Shown: positions 45,352 to 57,671 of the stretch, piece by piece
Layout: the number at the start of each line of letters is the position of its first letter
Position numbering within the stretch: position 1 is the stretch's first letter
DNA from: the human T2T-CHM13v2.0 reference genome, Homo sapiens
Length of the DNA: 64,000 nt
NCBI RefSeq assembly: GCF_009914755.1
Contig: NC_060926.1
Strand: one strand, 5' to 3'
The notes under the pieces: model-generated
Database searches by the model: none
What the model was told of the DNA's origin: nothing
The model's input: only the letters and a program-made list of their open reading frames with translations
Program-made: the position numbers and the translations under genes

Positions 45352-45997
45352 CTTTTACACTGTTGGTGGGAGTATAAATTAGTTCAACCTTTGTGGAAGA
45401 CAGTGTGGCGATTCCTCAAGAATCTAGAACTAGAAATAACCATTTGACCCAGAAATCCCGTTATTGGGTTATACCCAAAGGATTACAAATCATTCTACTA
45501 TAAAGACATGCACACGTATGTTTATTGTGGCACTATTTACAATAGCAAAGACTTGCAACCAACCCAAATGCCTATCAATGATAGACTGGATAAAGAAAAT
45601 GTGGCACATATATACCATGGAATACTATGCATCCATAAAAAAGATGAGTTCATGTCCTTTGCAGGGACATGGATAAAGGTGGAAACCATCATTCTTAGCA
45701 AACTAATACAAGAACGGAAAACCAAACACCGCATGTTCTCACTCGTAAGTGGGAGTCGAACAATGAGAACACATGGACACAGGGAGGGTAATATCACACA
45801 TCGGGGCCTGTTGGGGGTGGGGAGCTAGGAGAGGAATAGCATTAGGAGAAATACCTAATGTAGATGACAGGCCGATGGGTGCAGCAAACCACCATGGCAT
45901 ATGTATACCTATGTAACAAACCTGCACGTTCTGCACATGTACCCCAGAACTTAAAGTATAATAATAAAAAAAAAGAAAAAAAAGAATTAAAAAAAAT
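45352..45997 (+). mobile_element. 5'-truncated L1PA7/8
   Basis: cttttacactgttggtggga..atagcaaagact..ggaatactatgca..aatgtagatgac..cagaacttaaagtataataat, then poly-A; TSD agaatgcaatcc at 45300-45311 and 45998-46009. Confidence 0.95.
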
Positions 45998-47619
45998 AGA
46001 ATGCAATCCACAGGTGGGATCGTAGGTCAATTTTTTGTTGCCTTATTTTTCCTTTTGTATAATAAACTAACAGCAACAACAATAAAGTCCTGATGGGTTA
46101 AAACAAAATGATTGAAATAATTTAATTTGAATGCTCATAAGCAAAGTTTTCCTTTAGTCAGAATGTTCCAGGATCATCAGTTTATGCAATAATTATATAC
46201 AAGTAAATAGGTTTCTAGATTATATTAATAGATGTATATATTGATTTTCTGAGACGACTGTGCTCATCTCATTTTAATGTAGTTTTTTGTTTTTGTTTCT
46301 GTTTAAGCCTCTTTCCTCTAGTGGATGCCCCAAGGCCAGAGCCTGAGTCTCACGTTTGTTTTTACCTTTAATTTTTATAACAATACCTAATGCATGTTTG
46401 ACACTCAGTAGATGTTTGTCGAATGAATAAAGGACAGTCATTATTATATTGCAGTTGTTTTGCAGAAAATATATTAACTGCAAATGGCTTAAAAAAAAAG
46501 AAAGAAACATTGGAAAGTCAACTCCTACTGTTTATTACTGAATACATTGTTGGCTGCTTTGGCTGTCTGTCATGTCATGGGTCTTATTTCCAGGGTAAAC
46601 CCCTTAAAAGCTACTGTAGTACCAAATGGATCGTTTGGATCAGAGACCAATAATATTTACAAGTAGATTCAGAAAAATCTTAAATATAGGAGAAGAAAGT
46701 TAGTCACCCATATGATTTCCATATCAGAGCTTTTGGGAAGTAACGGGGAGTCAATTTATTATCTACACAACCACCATGCTTTTATGAAATGCACTGTAAA
46801 TGGAAAGGTTGAGAAAGAGGGTCTTGAACCAAGGAAGAGCTAAAGAGTTGGGGGAAATGATGCAAATATATGCAGTTGAGGCCTAGTTGAAATTTGAGTT
46901 AACCAAGAAGCATGTTTTCTGCTTTGAATCTTTGAATTCAAAATGAAACTTGGGGTTAACATGAGTCATTGTGTGAAAAGAACTCATGTGGTTCCCACAG
47001 CTTTTAGGATCCTGCAATTATGAGATATCTTGATCTGCTGAGCACTGACTTCACACATAATCTAGGTACAGAATGAGCTGTAAGATCTTGATAGTGTGCA
47101 GCAAATACGTGCTCAATTTCCACGTTCATTCATTTATTCCAGGAATGGGTTGCTGTAGATGCTATTTCATGCACTGGACTTGTAACTATGAATTAAATCC
47201 ACTCGCTGCATTTGAAGCTTGGGGAAAAGTCAAGAGAAATAAATGGATCATTAAAAAAGAGTGCACTTAATAGTGTGATAAGTATAAGCATAAGCTGCTA
47301 TGAGAACACAGAAGGAGAGTACATAACTGACTCTTGGGGATGGAGAGGACTAAGAATTTTTCCCTGATTAAGTGAGACCTAATGTGGCAGAGTGACCGGA
47401 GGTGAGTGGGGAGGTGGCCAGGGTTGACATCGCTCCTAAAGAGCATGACCATCCCTCCCAGCTTGCCCTGACTGTCCCATCAATGGAAGCAAGTATGCTT
47501 CCTTGGACCTCTCTTCTTTTTCTTTCTTAATCAGTAGTCACTAATACAGTCTCTCCTCCCATGCCTGGTTTTAACACCATTGCTACTCCCTTGTACAACT
47601 AAGAGAAGAGAATCTATCA

Positions 47620-48570
47620 ACTGAAAGTGTGGGTCTGATAACATAGCGGGTTCCTAGTCCTGGGTTTTAATCTTTGCTCTCCATCTGAGCCTTGCTATTT
47701 TGATCAGATTTCTTAACTACTCTGGAATTCAATTGCTTTGTTTGTAAATTGAGGATAATAATACAGAATGTGCAGATTTGTTGAGCAAACGACATGAGTA
47801 ACTATGTGTGAAACACCTGGCATGGTACTTGGGTGAGATCATCTAGTCTGCCTTACCATTTTGGGGAGAAATTTAGGGAAATTGAGGCCCAGAGAAGAGA
47901 GCTGACTTGCCCTCACTTCATCCAAAATTTCCAATGCAGACTTTGAGTTGTGAGTGAGAACTTTTATTCACTTTTTACAGATGTAGGGAGGCTGCATGCC
48001 CAAGGTGACACAGGTAATTAGTTGGAGTGCTAGAGCTGGGCACCAGTCTTTTTATTCCAACATCCAGGTTCATGTTTAACATCAGAAGTATAGGACAAAA
48101 GTGGAAACTACCATGCCTTCTCTCTCTCTCCATCCTCCCCATGCTATACCAATTTCTCTAGACCAAAAACAAAAGGCAGGCTGACTTGTAAGTAGTTATA
48201 AGAATTACCCCCCCAGAATCTGGCTTGACATTAGGGTCAAGCTAGAACAAAACTACCTCCCAGGCTATATGTGGCTCCACAAAAAGCTGGTTCGAAGGAT
48301 CGTTGCCCACTCCACCTCTCCAAGACAAGCATATGGTGCACTGTCTCCTCCCTCCTCTACCCTGTTGAGCTTCTGTGACAAAGCCATGCAGAACTGGTTT
48401 ACGATCAAGCTCTACTGCCACATTTGTGACCTTGTATTTGCCTATAACTCCTCTAAGCCTCAGTTTCCTTAGATACATGTAGTAAACAATTACACATTCT
48501 AACTCTGTCTCAGAGAGTTGGAGTAAGGTTAAAATGGGAAAATATGTATGTGTGCTACCAACCATCATAT
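47620..48570. mobile_element. Cluster of MIR fragments, both strands
   Basis: ttcttaactactctg..gtaaattgaggataata; gaaattgaggcccagagaag..gacttgccc; tgcccaaggtgacacag; ctctaagcctcagtttcct. Confidence 0.7.
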
Positions 48571-49809
48571 AGAAGGTAAATCTGTAATATTGTTCTTGAA
48601 AAAGGATTATTTTTCCAAATATCAAAGGTAGGCTTTAAAAAGTCTTTGTATTATTATTGTTGTTGCTTCTGTTGATTTGAGAGAATTTGTGGGCCAGGTT
48701 GTTGTCTTTCAACCTTTACGTCTCTGACATCCTTTGTAAACGTCACTTGTAATAGCTTGAAATTCTTCTGCTCCTTCATCTATAAAATGGAGATTAAAAT
48801 GCCTGCCTTGCAAGTTTGTTGAAAGCCCCAGATGAAATAATAATCCTGGAACTAAATCTCAAAAATAAGTATCTATATCTGCCCTTCTGTCTTCATTTCC
48901 TGGTGCTTAAGGAGACCTGAGCAAAGGAAGCAAATGTGGTTTTAAAACAAGCCAAAGGCATCGTTTTCTACCAAGAAAATGTTAAAGCACCTGGAGGAGC
49001 TGAACTGTAAAGCTCCTAATTCTGAGTCTGTAGTTTGGATTGATGGAGCTCATTCTCCTCTAGAAAAATTGTGTCTAAATGTGAGCAAAAGCAGGCAGAG
49101 GAATGGAGGGACCACTGAGAGATTGTGAGCTGGGAGTGATCAAGGGTGAGGAGTCCCCAGAAGCTACAAGCACAGGGACTGTCCTCTCGTGCTGTTGTAG
49201 GAAACAGGCCACCTAGCTTCAGCTGCCCTGCAGGGTGTGGGACAAAGGCAGCAAGTTCCAGCAGGGACAAATGAGGCAGGTGTAGGTTCCTGTGGTGCCC
49301 GCTCACCATCATCCCACAGTGAGAAACCATCATTGAGGCCGATGCCTTCAAGCCCATGAGGCCAATGTGGGCTCCAGACAGATGAGAAGAAACTGAGGCT
49401 AGTGTCACCCATGGTGACAACTGGTGTTCACCACATGGAGCTCCGAAGGCTGCAGAGGCTGGCTTTTTTCCCAGCGAAAGCCTCATCAAGGCAGGCAGAG
49501 AAGCATAGAAATGCCTCAGCAGATCTGTGAATATTAGCATGCAGACAGAAGAGGTCAGGCAGGGCTTATTCAGGTGTCTACAGCTCAGTTTTAGTCTCAG
49601 GTCTTGTGTTTGCTGATAACATCCTAGATCATCCCTCTTCCTAGCTCAAAGAATTTTACAAGATGAACCCTTTTCTAATGGTAGCTTCGAGAAAATACTA
49701 ATAAGCTAAGTGGCCAACTCCAGTTTTTCTCTTTAAGTAGAAACTGAAACCTTCCTTAGATTGTAGGAATGTTGTGGGGAAGAAAGAACTATGTGAGAAA
49801 AACAATGGG

Positions 49810-50340
49810 CTTTACATATTTGCTCAGCAATTATTTCTACTGCCTATGTGTACCAAGAATCTGGAGATATAATGAGCACTGTCTTCATGAAGATAATCAA
49901 CTATTGGAAAATTCAGACATCAGTCAAATAGTCATACATAATAAGCATGTAATTACACACTGAGACAAGCACTAGGAAGGAGAAGTATCCAGTTTTATGA
50001 GACTGTGTAAGAAGGGGACCTGGCTTGGACTGGAGTCAAGTATGATGTCATTCAACTTGACTTGGGTCAAGGAGAAAAGGAGTGGATTGTGGAACAGTTA
50101 CAGGAGGAGGGACAAGTGTGTGGTTGGTGCTATGGTGGGAGGAGAGGAGCACACCTGAGGAACTTCAAAGATGGCCATGCAGGCACTTTCCCCACCATTA
50201 CCAGAGTGCAGATGGTGTGGGGGAGTGAATACTAGAGAGCGGGGTGAGTTGAGGCTGAAGGTATGGAGAACAGTCAGACAGCACGAGGTCATGTGCATCT
50301 TGTTGAGAACTTGATGTTGACCCTAAGAGCAATGCAAAGT
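49810..50340 (-). mobile_element. L2 fragment
   Basis: atttgctcagcaattatttctactgcctatgtgtacca; aaggggacctggc; gaggaacttcaaagatggcca; ccctaagagcaatg. Confidence 0.7.
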
Positions 50341-52116
50341 TTAATCCCTTTACTTATTGGCTTTGTGACCTTATAAATAAATCATTAACACCTTAATGCT
50401 ATGCTTTCACATTTGTTACATGAAGATGGTCATATTAAGCTCACAGGGGATGCAAATAAGAATTCTGAGAGACATAGCAAATGAAATAATGAAGACGATG
50501 ATGATAATTGTATCTATAGTTAACCTTTACAGAGCATGTTTTGTGTTCTTGGCTCTATTATAAGCAGTTTATCAGCACATAGCTTTTCAAATGGAGCTTT
50601 ACAAAGGTAAGGCATCTACTAATAGATAATGAAATAGTTTTGATGAAACTAATGAAATAGTTTTTTAAGGTGGGAGGATATTTTCTTTCAATAAACTCTC
50701 AGTCAGAAGTTCAAATTATAAGGAAAATAAAGAAAATACAAATAGAGATGTTTACGTCAGTGCTTAGGTCTGTCCAATAATACAGTGTCTTTGAGTTTCA
50801 GAATCCTTTTCTCCTTTCTATGGGGCCATTAATTACAACTTGAGGACCACTGGACTAGACAGTGATAATTCTCTTTCTTAAGTTCCAAAGGGAAAAAGGA
50901 AATTTCTCTCAATCTAATATGAAGAAAGGATTCAACTTAGAGTATTGGTACATTAAATAGAAAGACCACCAATCTTGGGAAAGTTAGTGAGATTCTCTAT
51001 GTTTCAGATTTTATCCAACTCATAGGATTATTTTAAGGTGAAAATTAGGTACTAATTAGACATGCATAAATCATAGAAGTTTCTGAGCACATAGAGAGTA
51101 ATCATTAACTCTTAGATCTTATTATTAGTTGTTGTTTCTGAATCAGACATCAGTTGTATGTCAGTGCTTGCAGCCTACACTGCATTATTTGGAAGTTTTT
51201 CACAAAGTGTCAAGAGTCTCATCAGCCCCCACCAGCCTCATGGTTTTCTTGAAGGATGGTCTCTGTATTTCTTAATCTAGCAATTCACCACCACATATGT
51301 GCTCGTATTCTCTTTATCTTTGCAGTTAACATAAATATGCAAACTTCCATGGCAAAAACCATTAGACACTTTCCATTTAAATAGTAGTTTCACTATTCCA
51401 GCATATTTTCCCAGCTAGAACAGTGTGCGATCTGCTTTTAAGTCCTGATCATCCACTTCTATGGACTCTAGAGTGATGTTTTTGTTGGACCTATTTTTAT
51501 ATAATAATTAAAACCAGACTGTCCTTAATTTATTCATTTCCTTTTACTGAATTACAAATTAGGTCAAATAAAGGACTAGGCCTCTGGAGGGTTAAAAATA
51601 ATACAAATCCTAGTTTTTGAGGACTCAGGGTCTATTAGAAAAAATAAGATATGTGCATAGATGAGCATAATCTAAGGCAGAAAGTGATTGTTATCATAAA
51701 AGGGTTTCAAATAAGTTCCCTTGAAGAGTCAAAGAGAAGGCTGAGGGAATGCTTTGCAGAAAAAAATGGCAACTGCAGTATATGATGAATGGTATTCCTA
51801 GTTAAGGAAACAGGGAGAAAATGTACAGAAACTAGAGTGAGAATGGTTTGATGGAAATGGGGTATGAAAATCGGTGGTGGGAAATGAGGCTGACTGGCAC
51901 GATTGAGGACACATATGGAAGAGTCTTGGTGGTAAGTCAAGAAATGGAGATTTGCTAGGCAAAAGGAAGGCTAGAGTAGTTTTGAGTAGGAGGTCACCGT
52001 AATCATAACTATACTTAAGTAAAGAATAATCTGTTAGTGACTTTGAGGATGAGCAGTGTCTAGAGCACATGGTGTCGGGGAGATGGCATCCCTGACAAAT
52101 GAACTATAGTGCTCAT

Positions 52117-52350
52117 TTCCTTTTTTTTTGCCCCAGTGGTCCCCATGGCAGCAATGCCAACTTGCAGACCCATCTTCCACATTGCTGATTTTTTAAGCAC
52201 AGACATGATCCTGTGTCTGTCCCACTCGAAAACATTCAATGGCTCCCTGTTTCCTATTGGATAAAATCATATCTCAGAAGCAAACATCCTAACATCTGCT
52301 ATAATCAGATGTTCTGCTCTTGCTCCTGAAGAAGCTATATTGCTCAGTGA
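52117..52350. repeat. Dispersed local duplication, copy 1 (paralogous to 53468-53706)
   Basis: About 84% identical by hand alignment to 53483-53706; flanked by the direct repeat ta(t/c)agtgc(t/c)cat. Confidence 0.9.
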
Positions 52351-52433
52351 TACAGTGCCCATGGTTCAGCTGAAAGCCCTGAGGGTGATGAAGAGTGAGC
52401 TAGGGTAGTGATAATGGAGATGGGGAGGAGGGA

Positions 52434-52904
52434 TGTCTTAGTCTGTTTTGTGTTCTTGTAAAGGAATATCTGATGCTGGGTAGTTTATAACAAAAAGAGG
52501 TTTATTTGGCTCACAGTTCTGCAGACTACAAGAAGCATGGCACCAGCATCTGCATCTGATGAGGGCCACAGGCTGTTTCCACTCATGGTGGAAGAAGGGG
52601 AACTAGTATGTACAGACATCACAAAGCAAGAGAAGAGGTGAGACAGAGAGAGAGAGAGAGCAAGAGAGAAAGAGACAGGGGAGGTTCTACGTTTTGTTTT
52701 GTTTTTTGTTTTTTTTTTTCCAACCAGCTCTTGTAGGAATGAATAGAGCAAGCACTTACTCATGACTCTTACCAGGAAGGGCATTAATCTATTAATGAGG
52801 GATCCACTCCCATGATCCAAACACCTCCTATTAGGCCTCCTCTAACACTGGGGATCAAGTTTCAACCTGAGAATTGTAGGGGGTCAAACATCCAAACTAT
52901 GGCA
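52434..52904 (-). mobile_element. MSTB solo LTR with internal (GA)n and T-rich tracts
   Basis: tgtcttagtctgttttgtgtt..gaagcatggcaccagcatctgc..cccatgatccaaacacctcc.attaggcc..catccaaactatggCA. Confidence 0.92.
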
Positions 52905-53467
52905 AGGAGATGCAAGAGATAATGCAGATGTTTAATCAATAGATGTTTGCAACTGGTTATCAACAGTAAAGAAGTGGGAATGATCAGAGGCTGCTGTGAT
53001 ATTACCTACCTGGATGGCTGGAAGGTTCTTATACAATTCCCAGGCAGGTTTGTGCCTGCCTCTTCCTGGAGCGCTGATTGCCAGGGTGTCACAATGGATG
53101 CCTTGAGCAGTTGCAGAAGAGTACTTGATGTTTATTTCATGTGTATGACTTCCTTTCGGTTTTCCTCCCCAATTTTTCCCTCAGTCCCCAGGCATGATCC
53201 TGAAATGATTCTTAGGTGTGCTGACTGCCGTCTCTTTCTTACTAAAACACTCAACATTCTTTCAGTCCTCCATGACAATGTTTACAAAATTTAAAACATT
53301 CTTTGAGCATTGACTATTTGCCAAACATTGTTCTGGGTGCTAAAAACAGAGCAGTGAGTAAGTATGATATGTTTCTGCTTTCTTGGAGCATGCATTCTGG
53401 TGAGGAATAATATTCCTCCTCAATGTTCCTTCCTCTCTCTCCATACCTCTTCAGCATTTGTTTAATT

Positions 53468-53706
53468 CTCCTTCGTTTCTTGTTTTGCCTCAGTGGTCTC
53501 CTTGGCACCAGTGCCAACTTGCAGACCCATCTTCTACATTGCTGTTTCCTAAATATAGAGATGGTCATGTGCCTGTCCCACTGAAAAACCTTCAATGGCT
53601 CCCTATGTCCTATTGGATAAAATTATACCTCAGAAAAGATATTCTAACATTTGTTATAATCAGATGGCCTGCTCTTGCTTCTGGAGAAGCTATATTGCTC
53701 AGGGAT
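53468..53706. repeat. Dispersed local duplication, copy 2 (probable donor; partly L2-like)
   Basis: Shares tgccaacttgcagacccatcttc, ttcaatggctccct, tcctattggataaaat and agaagctatattgctcag with copy 1. Confidence 0.9.
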
Positions 53707-55610
53707 CAAGGGGGAAACAATAGGTTCAAATTTTTAAACAAAGAAGATTTAATTCATAGAATTCCAGAACTTTGAAAGGTCAGTAGTTCAGTATGTTTCC
53801 CATTCATTACCGCTTGTTTATATTCACACACACAAAAGCTTTGCCACTGTGGAGATGCCAGTGGAGTTGTGGAGCTGGGGGTGGAGGAAGGTTTTAAAGT
53901 TTCCTCTGGATGGGAAATAATGAAACTTTCCAACTTTACTTATGCATGAATGAAGGTGGTTTAATGGGCCAAGTGCCGGCTTTGGAGTTACAAAGGCTTG
54001 GGTTTAAATCCAGCTGTAGGACTTCTGCAAGTCCCTGACTCGCTGTGAACTTTAGCTCCTCAATTGTCATATGAGGGTGACTCGGCCTATTTTACAGTAT
54101 TAGGAGGCAGACAGCTCAGATGCCGGCCTTGCTGAGGTCAGGCAGGGCTAGGTTGCCGTAGTTGAATGGCAGAATTATCACCCACATCTGGATGGAAGAA
54201 CATGTAGAGGTTTTCCAAAAAGAGGGGATTGAGAGAGTAGGCCAGCAATGCCAAACAGTGGGCATTCGTTCTGGGGTGAAAGAGAGAAGATGAAGCCATG
54301 GCTGAGAATACAGGAGGTAGTTCGCTAACAGAATTGATGCTCCCAGCCTCCCACGGGGAGTGGGAGAGCTTGAGTAACGCCCAACATCACAGGCAATCTC
54401 TTCACAGCTACAATCCCTTAATTCATTTCCTCCCCTAGAGCATATATTTGGATCCCTACTATGTGCTAGGTGCCTGGATGTAAGACGCCTGGCCTCACAG
54501 TGGATGGACATCTAGGGGTGTGAGTGGCTGAGCAGAGTGCCCAATAAAAGGGTGGGAGGAGACAGGCCAGAGAGGTATGACCAGGTCATAGAGGTCCCCA
54601 TGGACTTAGAAAGGACTTTGTTTTTTATTCCAAGTGGAATAGGAATTCTAACAGCAGGGTATGAATGAAGGACACAAGAGTGAAAACTCGGATCATCCAA
54701 CCTTTGACTTATCCAAGCTATGACATAGATGTTAAATAAACAAAAACACCCAAAATAGATAAATGAAGAAGGGATAGCATGTGCCTGTGCATGCACACTT
54801 CCTGGGCCTGTCATGTATCGAAGAGGGTAAGACTTTCTGCCTAAGGAACTGGATATGGTTATATGTGAGCAGAGCATGAAGGCCTGCACTGACCACGCTT
54901 CCCAGGCTTCCACGTCTATGGAGATGCATAGGTCTAGAGTAGGCTGAATACTCAAGGGTAAGCTTCCAAGGGCACAGGTGTGATTACAGTCATCAAGACA
55001 CCACCGCCCCAATGAGTAGCTATCATGTATTGATACCTGATGGAGATTTGTGAGATGAATGATGCCACCAGAACGCAAACTCTGACAACCAAGCCAAAAG
55101 CGATGGATCTGTTTAACAAAATGGTTAAATTAACCAGTGACAGCAGGGCTGTCTTATATAGTCTGGCAGGAAGTTCTCTGCACAACTCCAAGGGAAGCTG
55201 TGCATATAAACAACCCACACAGCACATCACAGGCCTGAGAGTTGGAGGAGTGCACTAAGTTCCGGTGGGTGTGGGCTGTGTCTGGACCTGTGAGCTTTTC
55301 ACGGGGGACTGCCAAGGTCAAGTGGCATGGCTGCTGCCCTCTTTTCCATATGTGTGAGGCTTGGGACAGCATGCCTGTGTTTTATTCATGCCCTGTCACA
55401 GACATGGCATCCTAGTGGATGAAATGCTGGGACCCCGGTTCTAAAACTTTTTGACTATAAGATTGTTAATTATCCTATGGATAATAGAACCAAGGTGTTC
55501 TCCCTTCTCCATCCTCTTAGCCAACTCCTTTCACCCATTCAGACACAATTAAGACCCCATGTCTTTTGAAAGGCCTTTGGACACATATCCCTTCTCAAAG
55601 CACTGAGACA

Positions 55611-55799
55611 TGCTGGTTACCTCTGCCGTAGCTCCTACTGTCTCAGTCATTTCTGCTCCCTGAGGCCAGGGGCTGTACTTATTTATTTATATTCCCAAGG
55701 CCTGCACCTAATAGATGCTCACCTAATAGACGTGCTGGATTACCTCTGTCATAGCTCCTACTGTCTGTCATTTCTGCTCCCTGAGGCCAGGGGCTGTAT

Positions 55800-55834
<35 letters not shown>

Positions 55835-55866
55835 TATTCCCAGAGACTGCACCTAATAGACGCTCA
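55611..55866. repeat. Tandem duplication (about 111-bp unit) with (TATT)9 in the second copy
   Basis: 55611-55721 and 55733-55866 share tagctcctactgtct, gtcatttctgctccctgaggccaggggctgta and ctgcacctaataga.gctca. Confidence 0.95.
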
Positions 55867-56784
55867 GTCAACTTTTATCAAAGGAGAGAAAAGTTTTGTA
55901 TCTTAGGTTCTAATTATGAGTTGAATATATATGCATTCAAGAACTCCCATTTACTGCATACTGACCAGAGTTATGAAAAACAACCCAATATAAATTCTCT
56001 TGTTCAAACATTTCTTTCCTTATAATAGCAGATGCCATCCTAGTGGGGACAGGGCAGCAGGCATATTTGAAACGCTCATATGTATAAGAGGAAAATGCAG
56101 AGAAATTTTCAAGGGTTCTCCAAGGACTGGTGAGGCATGACCAGCCCAGCAGTTTTTTGTGGCAGAATCTCTGATGAAATCAGAACTTCAAGGTCTTGAA
56201 CTAATGTTCCATAAATTAGGTGATGCTGAAACCAGAGAACTTTGAAGGGGGGTATTTTTCTTGGGGCAATATCGGGAAACCATGTGTGCCTATGACTAAT
56301 TCCCCTCCTGTGAACTGTTGGTATTATCTTTGAGGGTTTTCAAGATAAATAAATTGAAGCTGTTGTCAAGTTTTACTAGACAAAAGCAAACAATCCCAGG
56401 GTCTTTCATGTGTCTGTACTGCCACAGCGTCACCCCCTACTGCCTTCTTGCTTTGTGGTTTGTTGGGAGAGGAGAGAAGCATGCAGGGCAGGGGCATGCA
56501 CCCCGCAGAGGAGAGGATACCACAGCCACAACCACGGTCACCCACAAGGTCACGCCAGGATTCCCGCAGTCATGTGCAGTTCCATCAGTGCAGCAAAGTG
56601 CCTACTTTGTGCCCAGCCCTGCACCAGGGACCGAGGACACAAATACAAACAGGCACTGTGCTTGCATTTGCCCTTGAGAAGTTACTTGTCTTAAAAATAT
56701 TGAGAACAAAGTTTACTGATTGCACTGTTGCCACATCAAAAAATTACTCACCAACAGAAGGCCTGATCTACCAGGGATTAGAAT

Positions 56785-57671
56785 TGTAAACCAAAAATAA
56801 AATTCCAAGCCCTCCAACTGACTGAATGAACCTTCCTCTTGGCCAATGGGACCCAACTAAACCTGAAAAATTAGTTCAGACCATAATGAGAAGGGGAGGA
56901 TTGGACCTGCTTCATTATACTCACCTCTCTTTGGAATTCAGGCACAACTGGCCAGGATTAATATTAAAATACAGATCCCAAGACTGACAGACAGACTCTT
57001 TGTAGCAATAAGATACCAAATTCCAACCTGACCTTAGTATAGCATCACATCCCAGATGGCAGAGCTCTGAAAGAAACCAAAGTATTTTACCCCAAAATAT
57101 ACTCATTTGACGTATTTTGAAATGGTCCCATAAAACTGTCTCTTGTGGGGAATACTTACCTTCTGTAGAGAGCCCTCTTCCCTTTCCAGGTCTTTTTCTG
57201 ATGCTGAAGAGATGGGCTGAGAGTCTAGCACCTTTTAAAGGTCTGAATAGGAAATATTTGCCATCTTTTGCCTCTGGCCACCTATGAGGCTTCATTTACA
57301 TAATAAGAACCTTGTTCTCTACAACCCCTTATCTTAACCCAAACACTCCTTTCTATTGATCCCAGGTTTTTTGATAATAACTAACTCAACCAATTGCCAA
57401 TCAGAAAAGCTTTGAATCCACCTGTGACCTGTAGGCCTCCCCCTTCCCACACTTCAAGTTGTCCTGCATTTCTGAACCAAACAAATGTATGCCTTATATG
57501 CATTGATTGATGTCCTATGTCTCTCTAAAACATAAAACCAACCTATAACTCAACTGCCTTGGGCACATGTCCAGGACCTCCCAAGGCTGTGTCACAGGTT
57601 ATGATCCATAAGCTTGGGAAAATAAACTTCTAAATTGATTGAGATCTGTCTCAGATAATTTTTTGTTTACA
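56785..57671 (+). mobile_element. MER4 (MER4D-like) solo LTR (ERV1)
   Basis: TGtaaaccaaaaataaaattc.aagccc..tttgtagcaataagataccaaatt..ttttaccccaaaatata..gccaatcagaaaa..aataaacttctaaattgattgaga..ttttgtttaCA; about 890 bp. Confidence 0.9.

Noticed and set aside
45464-45828. ORFs resembling the L1 ORF2 C-terminus (also 59001-59306)
   Set aside because: Frameshifted fragments of 5'-truncated L1 copies; no intact ORF2.
49016-49540. 174-aa minus-strand ORF in a GC-richer patch
   Set aside because: No recognisable family, and an ORF of this length is plausible by chance where GC is higher. A BLASTP or PhyloCSF check would settle it.
54512-55078. 188-aa minus-strand ORF
   Set aside because: Partly overlaps an L2 remnant, has no recognisable domain and no supporting splice or promoter context.
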